From the IMG/VR virus record IMGVR_UViG_3300037466_003648, positions 141,181 to 205,180 of that record: a stretch of DNA of 64,000 bases. One strand, 5' to 3'. Source of the stretch: a virus (lineage: Duplodnaviria; Caudoviricetes). Position numbers and translations under genes: made by a program. A model generated the notes under the pieces. It saw nothing but the letters and a program-made list of their open reading frames with translations, did no database searches and had not been told where the DNA came from. Positions 28,098 to 38,862 of this stretch are shown here, piece after piece. The stretch's first letter is position 1. Each line of letters opens with the position of its first letter.

Positions 28098-31000
28098 TTA
28101 GTTCGAGACCACGGCCGAGATGTTGCGCAGCTGCGTGTAGAACTGCGGCGTGTCGGTCCGCACGTCGAGCTTCACGCGGAAGAGGTAGCTGCCACCCACC
28201 GCCGCGGGCGACAGGCCGGTCGCCGTAAAGGCAAGCGTGACGTAGGTGTCATCTACCGGTGTCGATCCCGCCTGCTGGGTCATGGTCACGTAGTTGAAGC
28301 TCAGCGCGGCAGCGGCCAGCGTCGAACCGCCTGCGGGCACCGCCGTCACCGAGGCATCGCCCGTCACGAAGGCCGAGCGGTTGTTGCGGTACGCGGTCAG
28401 GATACGGTTCGATCCAGAGATCTTCACCGCCAGGGTGTACTGCGAGAACTGCGCCGTGAAGTATGCCAAGGCGCGCGTGGCGAAGTCGGCCAGCGTGCCC
28501 GTGCCACCCGTGTAGGTGTAGGTGCGCGAGATGCCGTCCAGCACCAACGTCAACTGGTCCCCCGTAACCGGCACACCCGAGAGGGTGGTCGAGCAGAGAC
28601 CCAACGGATCGTCGACCATGGAAAGCTTGGCGGTCACCGCGGTGATGCCCGACAGGATCGAGAGGTCCAGAGTCACGCGTGCCTGGTTGTACTGTGGCAC
28701 ATTCGTCGCCAGGCGCGTGGGGTACACGGCCAGCGCGGCGGGCTCGAAGGCCAACAGCTTCGCGTTGGTGGTTGCCACCGCTGCCGAGACCGCCGTCGTG
28801 CCCCGCAGGGTCGCCTGCAACACCAGCGAGGTCACGCGATGAGGCAGTGCTTGGGGATCCAGGGTGCCGTCTGCATCCACGGGCAGGGCGGTCGCCGTCG
28901 CGTTGCCGTCCATCTTGTAGCTCCATGCCAACGCGGCACCGCGCGGCACGAGCTGCTGCGCGCGTGCGATGATGAGGTCGAGACCGGGCAACACGGCGGC
29001 GCTGACCGGCTGGAAGACCAGCTGGTTGTCGGAGGCGCTGAACAAGCACTCCAGCAACTGGAAGGTCAGGCAGTTCTGGGTCTGGATGACCCAGCCGCCG
29101 CCATCGGTGCTGGAGTAGATCGCACCGGTGATGGGGGCCGAGACCATCAAGGTGTTGTTCTGGTCGGCGTGGCCGACCACGGCCTTCTTGATGCCCCAGT
29201 TCTCGTCGGCTGCCTCGATCACCACCGCGAAGGCGGTGTTGGCAGGGCAGAAGACCACGTCGTTGAACTCGATGCGCGTCTCGGCCACGGTGGAGAAGGT
29301 AGTGGAGCCCACCAGCAACCGCTTGCGTGCCAGAATCTCGTCACCCGGCTCGCCGTTGTTCAGCGTGTTGCGGATCTGCACCTCGACCCAGCCGCCACCC
29401 ACCCGGCCGAAGAACAGGTTCAAGCCGCGGATGAAGACATCCCGCGTGTAGCTGAACGTCTGTGCCACCTGCACGAAGCGGTTCGCCGCCAGCGCATCGT
29501 GAGCGATCGGCAAGGTCGCCGTCGCGGCGGGCGTTGCCCCGTAGACCGTCGACGCCACGATCTGGTTGCTGGCGTTGATCAGGGAGATCGTGCGGGTGCT
29601 GTCGCCGGTCGCCGTTCCTGCCACCAAGGGAACGGCAGCGTTGGTGAAGGTGCCAGAGGTCACCGTGATGGTTACCGCTGCCCCCAACCCGTCCAATACC
29701 GGCTGACCGTCCACCGTGACGGTGTAGATGCCGTTCGGGAGGTTGCGTCCCTCCATGGTCAGCGTCATTGCGGGCAGGTAGAGCTGACGCGCGGCAAGCC
29801 AGGGCGGCTGCTGCTTGCGCGTACGCCAGAAGCCACCTTCCAACGCGGTTGGTACGGTCTCGACGCTGCGGCTCTGCGTGTTCAGGAAGTTGAAGGCCGA
29901 GGCGCCTTGCGGGGCACCCGTGTAGTCACCGGTTACGACGGCCACCGTTGGGCGGGCCGCATTCGAGGCACCGCGCGGCACTTCCAGGTCGGGCGTGTTG
30001 TCAGGGCCGTGCGTCGCCCGCACGTTCACGATCTGGGTCGAACCCACCAAGCTGTGTCCCAGCACCGCGGCCTTGCTACCCACGAAGCAGGTCGTTTGGG
30101 TGGTGTCCACCGCCAGCGACAACGTCTCCATGGTGAGGGTCGGCGAGAGCACACCCTTGTCGGGATCGATCTGGACGTTGCTCCAGGCAGTCGGTGCGCT
30201 GTTGATGTCCAGTGTGTCGGAGTTCACCAGCGCGTCCGTCAGCAGCCCGCGCAGAGCCAGGCCCGCGGCAGTCGACTTGTTGTACGATGCCAGCTTCAAG
30301 TCCTGGATCGCCGCGTTGTAGTTGATCTGGTCGATGGCGATCTTCAGCTGACGGGTCTCCTGCTGGGTGAGCGCCCGTACGGGGTACTCGTCCACACGCA
30401 CGCTGGACGCATCGCTGTTGGCGGGGATGACCAGGTTCGCGATCGGCAAGACACCACGCGGCACGGTGGGTGCGTAGGCGGGCTTGTTCGACTGACCGGA
30501 CTGCACCACGATCTGGTTGTCCTCGTCGATGTAGACGAGGTCCACACGGTCCAGCAGCCAACGGTAGGCCAGCGTGATGGGGAAGTAGTCGTTGGAGAGC
30601 GGCACACCCACGAAGCCGCGGTCGGTGTAGACCACATCGCCGCTCGTGTACGCCGCCGCCAGTGGATGGTCGATGCGCACGCGGTTGAGGGTCATCACCT
30701 CGGCGATCGTGCGGGTCTCGTCCGAGACGTCGGGCAGCGCCCCCGCCTGGAGCGCGAGGGTCATGCCCACGACCAGTCCGTCGTTCTTGTCGAGCGTGAC
30801 CACGGTCGTACCCACGGTCACCGTGACGGTGTCACTCTGCGGGGTGCTGGGCGCGCTGCTGCCCAAGGTCAGGGTCAGCGTGCCGCCCGCGCTGTCCGTC
30901 ACGTTCACGGTGGCGCCGTTCACCCACGCGACGTTGTCGACGGGCGTGCCGGTACCGTAGGTGAACTTGTAACCGCTGGTGGTACCCGCCGCCACGGTCA

Positions 31001-32420
31001 GGGTGTACGTGCCGCTGGTCACAAGCGTCGAGCCAATGGCCGCGATCGTCGTGTGCGTGTTGTTGGTGCCCTTGGTCGCCGTGTTGGGAACGGTGTTCGC
31101 TGCCAGTTCGGTGCTGGCGATGCCGGGGTAGACGTACTGTGCGCGGTCCACACCGGTGTCCATCGCCGTGCCGTTGTTCAGGGCATCGGGGTAGTCTCCC
31201 GTCAGCTGCAGCGAGAGCTTGTCGGACGCGACCGTGTAGTCGGTGGTACCCGACAACGTCGCGTTGAAGATCCACACCGCGCGGATGTGGTGCGACGGCA
31301 GGCCGCTCGTGAAACGGAAGCCCTGCGTGGTCGGCGTGAAGTCCAAGGCAGCGTTGGTCACGTCATCGTAGACCGCCACGACCTTGAAGAGCGGCCCGAA
31401 CGGGAAGCTCTTCTCGATGAAGATCTCGGTGGGATCGAGAGGGTTCTGGGTGAACGGGTACTGGTGGAAGTCGCCCGCGCGCTGAATCGCCACCAACAGG
31501 TTGAAGGTGTCCACCTGCTTGACCGGCAGCTCGACCGGCGTGATGGTGGCGACCATGGTGCCGTCGGCCGCGGCCACGGAGTGCAGCAACTCGCCCGTCA
31601 CGGTCTCCGTGTCGAACTTCGCCTTGGTGATCAGCAGCGGCGTGCTGGTCTTGTAGCCCACCCGGCGTCCGTTGACATAGGCGGTGCCCCGATCGACCAC
31701 CACGCGCAGCTGGTTGGCGTTGGCATCTTCCACGCGCACGGTCATGCCGTTGCCCGTGATGCAGTCGCCCGCCAGGTCCGCCGTGTACAAGACCAGGTTG
31801 CGATCGACCTCGTTCAGCACGTCGTTGGACGAGATGCGCAGCTGGCCGTCGGACAACTCGTACAGGTCCAGCGCATCGGCCAGGTCGGCCGCGTTGGCGT
31901 CGGTCTTCACCGCGCACGTCACGAGGAACGTGCGGCGGTAAGCACCTGGACCGCCTGCCGTGTCGTCGCCCACCACGATATTGTACAGCACCGGGTCTTC
32001 GACCTCGGTGACCGTGTCGGGCGTCACGCGCACTACGATCGTCTCACGGCCCGTGCCTTGGAGCGTGAGCGTTGTCTGGGGCACCGTGTGGAACAAGCCG
32101 TTGACGTAGACCTGGCCGGGGACGGCGGGGTCCTGCCACTCGATGTGCGCCAACTTGGGGTTCGACGACAGGTCGAGACGCAGCTGCAGCCCACGGGTCT
32201 GGCCGTCGCGCAGCACGAAGTCGCCGATGTCCTTGATGGCATCGAGCAGGATCTCCTGCATCTCGTTCAGTTCGGGCACCTGGGGTGCGGTGCCGGGTGT
32301 GAAGACGATCTGCTTCCAACCCTTCGTGCGACCGCTGACGGTCTCGTCGCGACCGCCCACCGGGATGTCCTGGGCGTCCACGCCCGTTTGCGAGTAACGG
32401 CTGTAATACGGCTTGTCCAC
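28098..32420 (-). CDS. Large baseplate/virion structural protein (DUF4815-like)
   Basis: N-terminal WKQIVFTPGTAPQVPELNEMQEILLDAIKDIGDFVLRDG; 1440 aa; follows the wedge genes. Confidence 0.75.
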   Translation of the reverse strand: MDKPYYSRYSQTGVDAQDIPVGGRDETVSGRTKGWKQIVFTPGTAPQVPELNEMQEILLDAIKDIGDFVLRDGQTRGLQLRLDLSSNPKLAHIEWQDPAVPGQVYVNGLFHTVPQTTLTLQGTGRETIVVRVTPDTVTEVEDPVLYNIVVGDDTAGGPGAYRRTFLVTCAVKTDANAADLADALDLYELSDGQLRISSNDVLNEVDRNLVLYTADLAGDCITGNGMTVRVEDANANQLRVVVDRGTAYVNGRRVGYKTSTPLLITKAKFDTETVTGELLHSVAAADGTMVATITPVELPVKQVDTFNLLVAIQRAGDFHQYPFTQNPLDPTEIFIEKSFPFGPLFKVVAVYDDVTNAALDFTPTTQGFRFTSGLPSHHIRAVWIFNATLSGTTDYTVASDKLSLQLTGDYPDALNNGTAMDTGVDRAQYVYPGIASTELAANTVPNTATKGTNNTHTTIAAIGSTLVTSGTYTLTVAAGTTSGYKFTYGTGTPVDNVAWVNGATVNVTDSAGGTLTLTLGSSAPSTPQSDTVTVTVGTTVVTLDKNDGLVVGMTLALQAGALPDVSDETRTIAEVMTLNRVRIDHPLAAAYTSGDVVYTDRGFVGVPLSNDYFPITLAYRWLLDRVDLVYIDEDNQIVVQSGQSNKPAYAPTVPRGVLPIANLVIPANSDASSVRVDEYPVRALTQQETRQLKIAIDQINYNAAIQDLKLASYNKSTAAGLALRGLLTDALVNSDTLDINSAPTAWSNVQIDPDKGVLSPTLTMETLSLAVDTTQTTCFVGSKAAVLGHSLVGSTQIVNVRATHGPDNTPDLEVPRGASNAARPTVAVVTGDYTGAPQGASAFNFLNTQSRSVETVPTALEGGFWRTRKQQPPWLAARQLYLPAMTLTMEGRNLPNGIYTVTVDGQPVLDGLGAAVTITVTSGTFTNAAVPLVAGTATGDSTRTISLINASNQIVASTVYGATPAATATLPIAHDALAANRFVQVAQTFSYTRDVFIRGLNLFFGRVGGGWVEVQIRNTLNNGEPGDEILARKRLLVGSTTFSTVAETRIEFNDVVFCPANTAFAVVIEAADENWGIKKAVVGHADQNNTLMVSAPITGAIYSSTDGGGWVIQTQNCLTFQLLECLFSASDNQLVFQPVSAAVLPGLDLIIARAQQLVPRGAALAWSYKMDGNATATALPVDADGTLDPQALPHRVTSLVLQATLRGTTAVSAAVATTNAKLLAFEPAALAVYPTRLATNVPQYNQARVTLDLSILSGITAVTAKLSMVDDPLGLCSTTLSGVPVTGDQLTLVLDGISRTYTYTGGTGTLADFATRALAYFTAQFSQYTLAVKISGSNRILTAYRNNRSAFVTGDASVTAVPAGGSTLAAAALSFNYVTMTQQAGSTPVDDTYVTLAFTATGLSPAAVGGSYLFRVKLDVRTDTPQFYTQLRNISAVVSN

Positions 32421-32430
32421 GAATGAACTC

Positions 32431-33231
32431 CTAGAAGGTCAGGATCAACACGAGCGCGTCGCGGCCATTCAGACGGCGAGGGATCGGCTGGTCGTTGTAG
32501 TACCACTCCAGGAGCCCGTCGGTGAGCCACTCGGCCGGAACGGTCTTCTGACCCGGCTGCGCCTGACCGGGGAAGGTGACGTGCGAGAGCACACCCACCT
32601 GACGGTACTGGAAGCGGGTGGCGGCCGACAGGTTCGTCACGTAGCGACCGGCGTACACGGCGTCTGGCAACGGATCGGCCAAGTGGATCGTCTTTGCGCC
32701 CGTGTCAACCGCGTCCACCGTGGTGTTCAGTCCGTCGACGCCGTCCACGATCACGTTGTCACCCACCTGGTAACCCGCCGCGGACTTCAGTGTCAGCGTC
32801 TGGCTGCCCGCATCCGCGGTGACCGTCAGGAACGAGTCGTTTGCCTTGATCGGCACGCCGTTGTAGTCGAAGCTGCCCTTGACCATCACCCAGCGGCAAC
32901 CCTGTGCCATGGCCTGCTGGGTGGTGACCGTGCGCCACTTCTGGCCGTAAGCTTCGATGGTGCCCGCGTTGTCCGGCACCACGAGCGAGAGGTCCACCTT
33001 CACGGCGGCCACGGGCTCGGCGAGCGCCGTCGTCGCGGGGTTGGGGATCGGCGGCACGGTATCGCTTACCGTCTGGTTCGGCGGCGAAGTCAGTGGATCG
33101 GTGCCCGACCAGGAGGTGGGCTTGCCCAGCACCGCCCACACGTCCGTGCGAGCGGCAAAGTCGAGGGCGCGGGCGACGTGACCACCCAAAGCGGTGGTGC
33201 CAGCAAAGCGAGGGTTAATGGGCAGCGGCAT
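32431..33231 (-). CDS. Baseplate wedge protein (T4 gp8-like)
   Basis: WAVLGKPTSW...PPIP...KWRTV...RWVMV...YRQVG...GLLEWYYNDQPIPR pattern and position. Confidence 0.6.
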   Translation of the reverse strand: MPLPINPRFAGTTALGGHVARALDFAARTDVWAVLGKPTSWSGTDPLTSPPNQTVSDTVPPIPNPATTALAEPVAAVKVDLSLVVPDNAGTIEAYGQKWRTVTTQQAMAQGCRWVMVKGSFDYNGVPIKANDSFLTVTADAGSQTLTLKSAAGYQVGDNVIVDGVDGLNTTVDAVDTGAKTIHLADPLPDAVYAGRYVTNLSAATRFQYRQVGVLSHVTFPGQAQPGQKTVPAEWLTDGLLEWYYNDQPIPRRLNGRDALVLILTF

Positions 33232-33239
33232 GGGCTCTC

Positions 33240-34223
33240 CTAGGCTAGCAGGACACCGGGTTCGTCCAGCTCGGTGCCGTCATCCAGCGAGACCTCGTAA
33301 GTGATGATCGGTCCTGCCTGGAGGTCCGTCACGGCATTCAGGTCTGCCAAAGGATCGGTGAGCACGGGCACGAAGGTCGGCACACCAGTTTGCGCCGAGG
33401 TCAGCATATCGACGGAAAGTGTGTAACTACTGTGCAAGTCCTGGAAGCGCAGTCCCATGCCCCACGACAACAGCACACCCGCGGGCACACCCGCGATCGA
33501 CAGGGTCGGCTCGAAGTTGAAGTCTGCCACCTCGAAGTCGAAGCCGGTCCCGGCCGACTCGATCGTGGTTTCCACCGCATCGGACACCAGGTAGTCGTTG
33601 TCGCTGGTGCCGTTCATCGAGAGGTTGGTCGAGATGATGCGGGCGAACCACGGCAACACACCGCCACCCTTGACCCGTTCCAGGATCTCATCGATGTCGT
33701 CGGGAACCGTGTCGTTGGTCTGGATCTCGAAGGTCGCACCGCGGTGGTAGCGCGCATCCGTCAGGTAACGCCCATACCACGGTTCGCCCCAGATGATGAC
33801 GTCGTTGCCAGGCTCGTAGAGCTGGGCGTCTACCTGACCGTTGGTCAGCAAGGGCACCAGATCGGCCAACGCCCGAGGCGTCACACGGGCGGCGCGCAGC
33901 TCGCGCTCCAAGCGCAGCGCATAGGTCACGTTGCTCTCGCCGCTCTTGCGGGGCAGCTCCAGGATCGCGCCGAACGCGTCGAGTTGGGCCGTGTCTTCTT
34001 GGGGGATCAGCACCTCGTAGCGCTGGGTCTCGATCGCCATGCGCAGGTCGGCCGCCACCTTCGACCAGGCACGAATCTCCTTGCCCAGCTCGCGGTCGCC
34101 GTCCAGCGAACGACGCTCGAACCAGCGGTAGCCGGTCGGAATCCACGACGCAAAGGTGCGGACGGTCAGCCGCCGCAACAGCTCGCGCGAGGGCTTGATG
34201 TTGGCGCGGTTAAACGTGGCCAT
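33240..34223 (-). CDS. Baseplate wedge protein (P2 gpI-like)
   Basis: AQLDAFGAILELPRKSGESNVTYALRL motif; follows the baseplate J gene. Confidence 0.7.
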   Translation of the reverse strand: MATFNRANIKPSRELLRRLTVRTFASWIPTGYRWFERRSLDGDRELGKEIRAWSKVAADLRMAIETQRYEVLIPQEDTAQLDAFGAILELPRKSGESNVTYALRLERELRAARVTPRALADLVPLLTNGQVDAQLYEPGNDVIIWGEPWYGRYLTDARYHRGATFEIQTNDTVPDDIDEILERVKGGGVLPWFARIISTNLSMNGTSDNDYLVSDAVETTIESAGTGFDFEVADFNFEPTLSIAGVPAGVLLSWGMGLRFQDLHSSYTLSVDMLTSAQTGVPTFVPVLTDPLADLNAVTDLQAGPIITYEVSLDDGTELDEPGVLLA

Positions 34224-35343
34224 GGACCGTCACCGTTCGCGGACGGAAGGTCTGCTGGGGCAGGATGGGGACCTCGTCACCCACCGCGCCCACGACCGCC
34301 GCCGTCGCGCCCACCACGTTCTCCACCTGGAAGGCCATTGCCGCCACATGCGAGACGCACAGCTCCTGACCCTGGCCCCACTGGCTCAACTGCTCCGTCA
34401 CGTACGCCTGCACGGCACTCTCGACGGAGGCCACCGACACGTTGGCCGTGCGATCGACCGTCACGTTGACCGTCACATCGCCCAGCAACTTCTCCATGGC
34501 CTTCGCACGCAGGACGACACCACCGCAGCGCCAGTCGAAGCCGATACTCAAGACTTCTGCCTTCTGATCGTTGGTCAGTGTGACGTTGGAGGATCCGTCA
34601 TCGATGAACGCGGTCATGTAACCGACCATTGGCAGGTACTCGACCAGGGCGAAGCTGCGAATCCACGAGATGCCCGCCAAAGCCGTGTAAACGGCCTTGT
34701 AGGTCCCGCGTGTCAGGGAGAGCAAGTAGCTGCCAAAGCGCAGACGGAAGGCGTCGTCCTTCTCGCGATCGGCGCCCTGGCTAAGGCTCGTGACGGGGTT
34801 GTTGCGTGCGTCGAGTCCGTTGCCCACGTAGAGGGTGTACGCGGCGGCGACCGTGCTGCGCAACGGAGTAAGCACGGTGCCCGCGGGTAGGTTGTACTTC
34901 GCGCCGGTCGCGGTGCACTGGATGGGGAAGACCGCGTAGGGGCTGCCCAGGGTGACCGTGCCGGTCGACGAGAAGGTTGCGTCGCCCAGCGACAGCAGCT
35001 CGCCGGGGTTCACCGCGATGGAGGGTGCCGAATTGGACTTGGGGATCGCGATGGCGAAGCCCACCGCCTGCGCTCCCTGCTTGCGGTAGAGTCCGAAGAT
35101 GTTCGCCAACAGGTCCAGCGCAACGTCTCGCGCGGTGGCGGGGTTCGAATCCCGCTGCACCTCTACCAGAGCGCGCCAGCAGTCCGAGACCACGCGAGCG
35201 AAGCCACGCGACTGGACCTTGATCTTCGATCCCTGGTTCCAGTCGTCAATGCTGGCCGACTCCGCCGTTGGATCGGTCGGGTCGACCAGCTCCGAGGCGA
35301 TGTCGTCCATCACGTCTTCGATGCTCTTGGCAATGATGGCCAT
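34210..35343 (-). CDS. Baseplate J/gp47-family protein
   Basis: ALDLLANIFGLYRKQGAQAVG, CTATGAKYN, GADREKDDAFRLRF motifs. Confidence 0.88.
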   Translation of the reverse strand: MAIIAKSIEDVMDDIASELVDPTDPTAESASIDDWNQGSKIKVQSRGFARVVSDCWRALVEVQRDSNPATARDVALDLLANIFGLYRKQGAQAVGFAIAIPKSNSAPSIAVNPGELLSLGDATFSSTGTVTLGSPYAVFPIQCTATGAKYNLPAGTVLTPLRSTVAAAYTLYVGNGLDARNNPVTSLSQGADREKDDAFRLRFGSYLLSLTRGTYKAVYTALAGISWIRSFALVEYLPMVGYMTAFIDDGSSNVTLTNDQKAEVLSIGFDWRCGGVVLRAKAMEKLLGDVTVNVTVDRTANVSVASVESAVQAYVTEQLSQWGQGQELCVSHVAAMAFQVENVVGATAAVVGAVGDEVPILPQQTFRPRTVTVHGHV

Positions 35344-35352
35344 GTCGAACTC

Positions 35353-35829
35353 CTACGCGGCGGGGGCGAGACCAGCGGTCAGGGCATTGTTCGACCGCTT
35401 GAGGATCAGGTTGAGCGGCTGGGGCACGTTCAGGATCGTGAACTTGATCTCGAAGTGAATGCCTTGCTGTTCGAGGTTGGTGATGGTGTAATCCACCGTC
35501 TGGAGTTGGATGCGGGGCTGGTTCGCAGCCACGCTGTGAATGTGGTCCACCATGTTGTTGATCCACGCAGGCGTCATGGGTTCCGACAGTTGGGCGTAAG
35601 CGTTGTTGCCGTAGTCCTCGTCGATGACCTTCAGCCCGTCGATGTCGTAGATGTAGCGTCCCAGGTAGCCCAGTGGGGTGACCAACTCGCGGATGAACGC
35701 GTTGACCACGTTCTCGATGCCGCTGATGGTTCCCCAGTCGGACCCCGAAGCCGCCACATCACCTTGCGCGGTGGTGGCGAGGTCGGTCCCCAGGAAACTG
35801 GGATCGAAAGGCTGACTGAACGCGCTCAC
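35353..35829 (-). CDS. Baseplate wedge/sheath initiator (gp25/W-like)
   Basis: GTDL...GD...ISGIENVVNAFIRELVTPLG...DYG pattern; lies between spike and J genes. Confidence 0.7.
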   Translation of the reverse strand: MSAFSQPFDPSFLGTDLATTAQGDVAASGSDWGTISGIENVVNAFIRELVTPLGYLGRYIYDIDGLKVIDEDYGNNAYAQLSEPMTPAWINNMVDHIHSVAANQPRIQLQTVDYTITNLEQQGIHFEIKFTILNVPQPLNLILKRSNNALTAGLAPAA

Positions 35830-35849
35830 GGGTACGATCTCCCAAGCCT

Positions 35850-35878
35850 AGCCTCCGGCATCGGGGAGGCTCTTTTCT
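35850..35878. terminator. Intergenic hairpin with T-tract on the + strand side
   Basis: AGCCTCC (35850-35856)/GGAGGCT (35865-35871) followed by CTTTTCT; the orientation would stop antisense transcription. Confidence 0.35.
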
Positions 35879-35883
35879 GGGCG

Positions 35884-38862
35884 CTAGTCGCCCTGCAGCT
35901 TTCTCAGTACGTCCTTGGGTTGACTGTACGGTGCCGCGCACGGTACGGGGTTGCGCTGACCACGCGTCGGAAGCACCGCAGGCGCCTTGTCCTTGGTGGT
36001 GTCCAGCGCCGGGGGATCGACGTGCTTGTTGGTCACCGTCCGGGGCGAAGGCTTCGATGTAGGGTTCAGGTCAATCCGGCCGGAGGGGTCCATCACGATG
36101 CACGCGGCACCCAGTTGGATGACCAACTTGTTGCCCGTCACGTCGATCTGCGCCTTGCCTCCATCCACGTCCAGCGTGATCGAGGTCTTGTCGCCGACCT
36201 GCGTTCCCTCCTGACCGAAGTAGTACGCCTTCTTGGCCGTCTGGATCAGCTCGTTCTTGACGATCAGCTGCCACGCGCCCGTCATGAAGCCCGTTGCCTT
36301 CTCGATCAGGTGGTAGAGCCACTGACCTCGCACGTCGTGCGCATCGGCCTCGGACAGCTTGTGCTGCGCCTGGTGTACCAACATACGCGCGGTCTGGCGA
36401 ACCACCGGTGCTTCGTGTGCGATGGACGACCCCGCCTGCTGCAGCGAGAACTTGGACTGGTGAACGTGCCCTTCCGACTGCTGATCCAGCTTCACGCCCG
36501 TGGTCTTCGCCAAGGTCGTCGAGGCAAGCGCATTGGCGGTCTCCTTGACGATGCGCTCGACGTGTGCCGCACGCGCGGTTGGCAGATCGGTGATCTCCGC
36601 GTCTACCAGCATCTTGGCAGCGCCCGCCACCGACGGCACCGACTTGGTCAACACGCTCTTGATGGTGTCGTGCTGATGCTCCAGCGCACCCGACAGGTAC
36701 GCCTGGGTGTCGGTGTTCTCCTTCAGGTGGTTGATGTCGTTGGCCTCCTCGGCCGACTCCACCGTCGTGCCGCCGCGTGCCTGGGCCAACATCTCCGTGG
36801 CCGCGGCCATCGTCTTCTGCTGGTGGTCGAGGAGATCCTGGGTGGCAGTGACTGCCGCGGGCATACCCGCGTGGACCATGTCCATCGCCGAGCCACTGTC
36901 CACGTTCGCCAGGGACTGCATGTAGGTGGTGTAGGCACCACCCGCCGTGACTTCCTTGGCGTGCTCCGTGCCCACCTTGGCCATCTTGGAGATGCGGTTG
37001 ACGGTCTCCTTCTCGTTGCCCTCGTTCTTCTCGATGAGCAACAGCGAGCGTGTCATGATGGCCTGATTCGAGGCAGCATACGCGACCTCGGGACCGATGT
37101 GACCGCCGAAGTTGTTCAGGATGTCCGGGGCCGCGGCCACCAGCGCTCGCAGATCCGTCGAGCCGAAGGGCTGTAGAGGATCGAGCACGGTGTGCGTCAG
37201 CGTCTTCTCTTCGGCCGTGAGCACATCGCTGGTGTCAACGTGGACGATGTCGACACCCAGGTTGTTCCAGACACCGATCCAGTTGACGATCGTGTCGTGC
37301 TGGTCGTTGGTCAAGCGGTTGTTCGTAAAGTTGCTCGCCAGCTGGTCGGGCGCGCCAAGCACGGTCGGCCGGGCCAGGTAGCTCTCGTGCAGGTCGCGCA
37401 CGAACGACACGAACGCCCCGCCGAACGCCGTCGAGTGGGACACCATCCGCGGAATGGTGCCCGGCTTCAGCGCGATGATGGCCTGGTAGACCTGCTGGAA
37501 TGCCAACAGGACTTCCAGCAGCTGTGCGTAGCGCGGATCACCCGCCTGGTAGTACGAAGGCAGCGACGATACCATGCTGTCGTAGCGCGGATCGGGGTCG
37601 GTCACGAACTTCGCGATCTCACCAGCATAGGGCGAACCCAGTCGCTGGGCAATCGCGACCGGCGCATGGCCCACCAGGCTCTTGCCTGCAGCGGGCTCGC
37701 CGTCGTCCGCGTACGCCGCGTGCATCAGGTTGCCTGGCATTGCGCCCGTAGGGCAACGGCTGACCTGGGACAGGCTCTGACGCACCTGATCGGGGCGGTG
37801 GATCGGTGGCACTGGATCGTGCTTCAGTCCGCAGTCGAAGCGCCAGCCGTGCAGCAGCTGGTGCAGGCCATCGGCCAGGTTGAGCGGTGCAAGCATCGCC
37901 ATGCGCAGCATGCCGTCGAGCTGCATACCGAGGGCAGGCAGTCCCAGCCCTTGAGCAGCGAGCTGGGCGGCACGCGACAGGCTGTCGGCACCGCCGCCGA
38001 ACAGACACTGACCGCCGACCGCGTTGAAGAGGTCGTTGCCCAGCTTCAGCGCGTTGTCCAGGAAGCTCAGCGGGTTGCCACCCGGCTGGTTCGGCCAGTC
38101 GCTGCGCATGCCGGAACTGCTGAACGAGCCGTACTTGCCATGCTTCTTGTTGGGGTCGCGGATGCCCAGCGGGATCTGGCGGATGGGCACCATCGCTGCC
38201 GCCTGGTTAGTGGCATCGGCCAGACCGGAACTTGCGAAGCCCGTCAACCAGTCCACGCCGTCACCCAGTCCATTCAGCAGACTGGCCATGCCGTCGCCCA
38301 GCGCCTTGGCGCCCAAGTCGGCGATGGCTGCCGCCTTGTTGCCCAGCGCGTTGATGAAGTCCAGGACATGCTGTGGCGTGCTCGCGATCGAGATCAGCAG
38401 GCTGGAGAACTCGCCCAACACCTCGGCCCCCACAGTAGGCGCGACCTTGGCGATCTCCTTCGAGATGTGCTGCGGCTGCGTGGGCGTCGAGACGATGGTG
38501 TCCTCGTCCGAGTCCTTCGTGCTCACTCGCGGATCGTTGTGGTCGTAGTTGACCCCTGGCGTGGTGAACGGCAGCTGGAAGTCGGCCAGGAAGCCGCCCC
38601 CGAACACAGGCGCGCTCGTGCCGGGACAGCAGATCTCCGGGAAGGTGATCTGGGGCAGGTGCAGCTCAGGTAGCTGGAACGAGAACGACGGCAGCGTCAG
38701 CTGGGGGAACGCGAAGCAAGGATGGTCCGACTCCGGGATGTCGATGTTGTGCTCCGCCACCACCGGACCCGGCGCGATCTGGATGTCGGCGTTCGTCACG
38801 TCGTCGGGGTTGCCGCCAGGCGGGAACCCGTCGGTGTTGATGATGTCGTCTCCGATACCCAT
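35884..38862 (-). CDS. Large spike-associated protein with gp5/VgrG-like C-terminal beta-repeat region
   Basis: C-terminal KTSITLDVDGGKAQIDVTGNKLVIQLGAACIVMDPSGRIDLNP; 992 aa; its start overlaps the stop of the OB-fold gene. Confidence 0.55.
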   Translation of the reverse strand: MGIGDDIINTDGFPPGGNPDDVTNADIQIAPGPVVAEHNIDIPESDHPCFAFPQLTLPSFSFQLPELHLPQITFPEICCPGTSAPVFGGGFLADFQLPFTTPGVNYDHNDPRVSTKDSDEDTIVSTPTQPQHISKEIAKVAPTVGAEVLGEFSSLLISIASTPQHVLDFINALGNKAAAIADLGAKALGDGMASLLNGLGDGVDWLTGFASSGLADATNQAAAMVPIRQIPLGIRDPNKKHGKYGSFSSSGMRSDWPNQPGGNPLSFLDNALKLGNDLFNAVGGQCLFGGGADSLSRAAQLAAQGLGLPALGMQLDGMLRMAMLAPLNLADGLHQLLHGWRFDCGLKHDPVPPIHRPDQVRQSLSQVSRCPTGAMPGNLMHAAYADDGEPAAGKSLVGHAPVAIAQRLGSPYAGEIAKFVTDPDPRYDSMVSSLPSYYQAGDPRYAQLLEVLLAFQQVYQAIIALKPGTIPRMVSHSTAFGGAFVSFVRDLHESYLARPTVLGAPDQLASNFTNNRLTNDQHDTIVNWIGVWNNLGVDIVHVDTSDVLTAEEKTLTHTVLDPLQPFGSTDLRALVAAAPDILNNFGGHIGPEVAYAASNQAIMTRSLLLIEKNEGNEKETVNRISKMAKVGTEHAKEVTAGGAYTTYMQSLANVDSGSAMDMVHAGMPAAVTATQDLLDHQQKTMAAATEMLAQARGGTTVESAEEANDINHLKENTDTQAYLSGALEHQHDTIKSVLTKSVPSVAGAAKMLVDAEITDLPTARAAHVERIVKETANALASTTLAKTTGVKLDQQSEGHVHQSKFSLQQAGSSIAHEAPVVRQTARMLVHQAQHKLSEADAHDVRGQWLYHLIEKATGFMTGAWQLIVKNELIQTAKKAYYFGQEGTQVGDKTSITLDVDGGKAQIDVTGNKLVIQLGAACIVMDPSGRIDLNPTSKPSPRTVTNKHVDPPALDTTKDKAPAVLPTRGQRNPVPCAAPYSQPKDVLRKLQGD

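Noticed and set aside
25983-32426. 2147-aa plus-strand ORF and similar long ORFs (10187..13414, 13383..16025, 39613..42204, 43154..45853, 46212..48761, 55443..58442)
   Set aside because: Antisense shadows of real genes. High GC3 removes stops on the opposite strand, and the translations are Arg/Gly/His-rich with no motifs.
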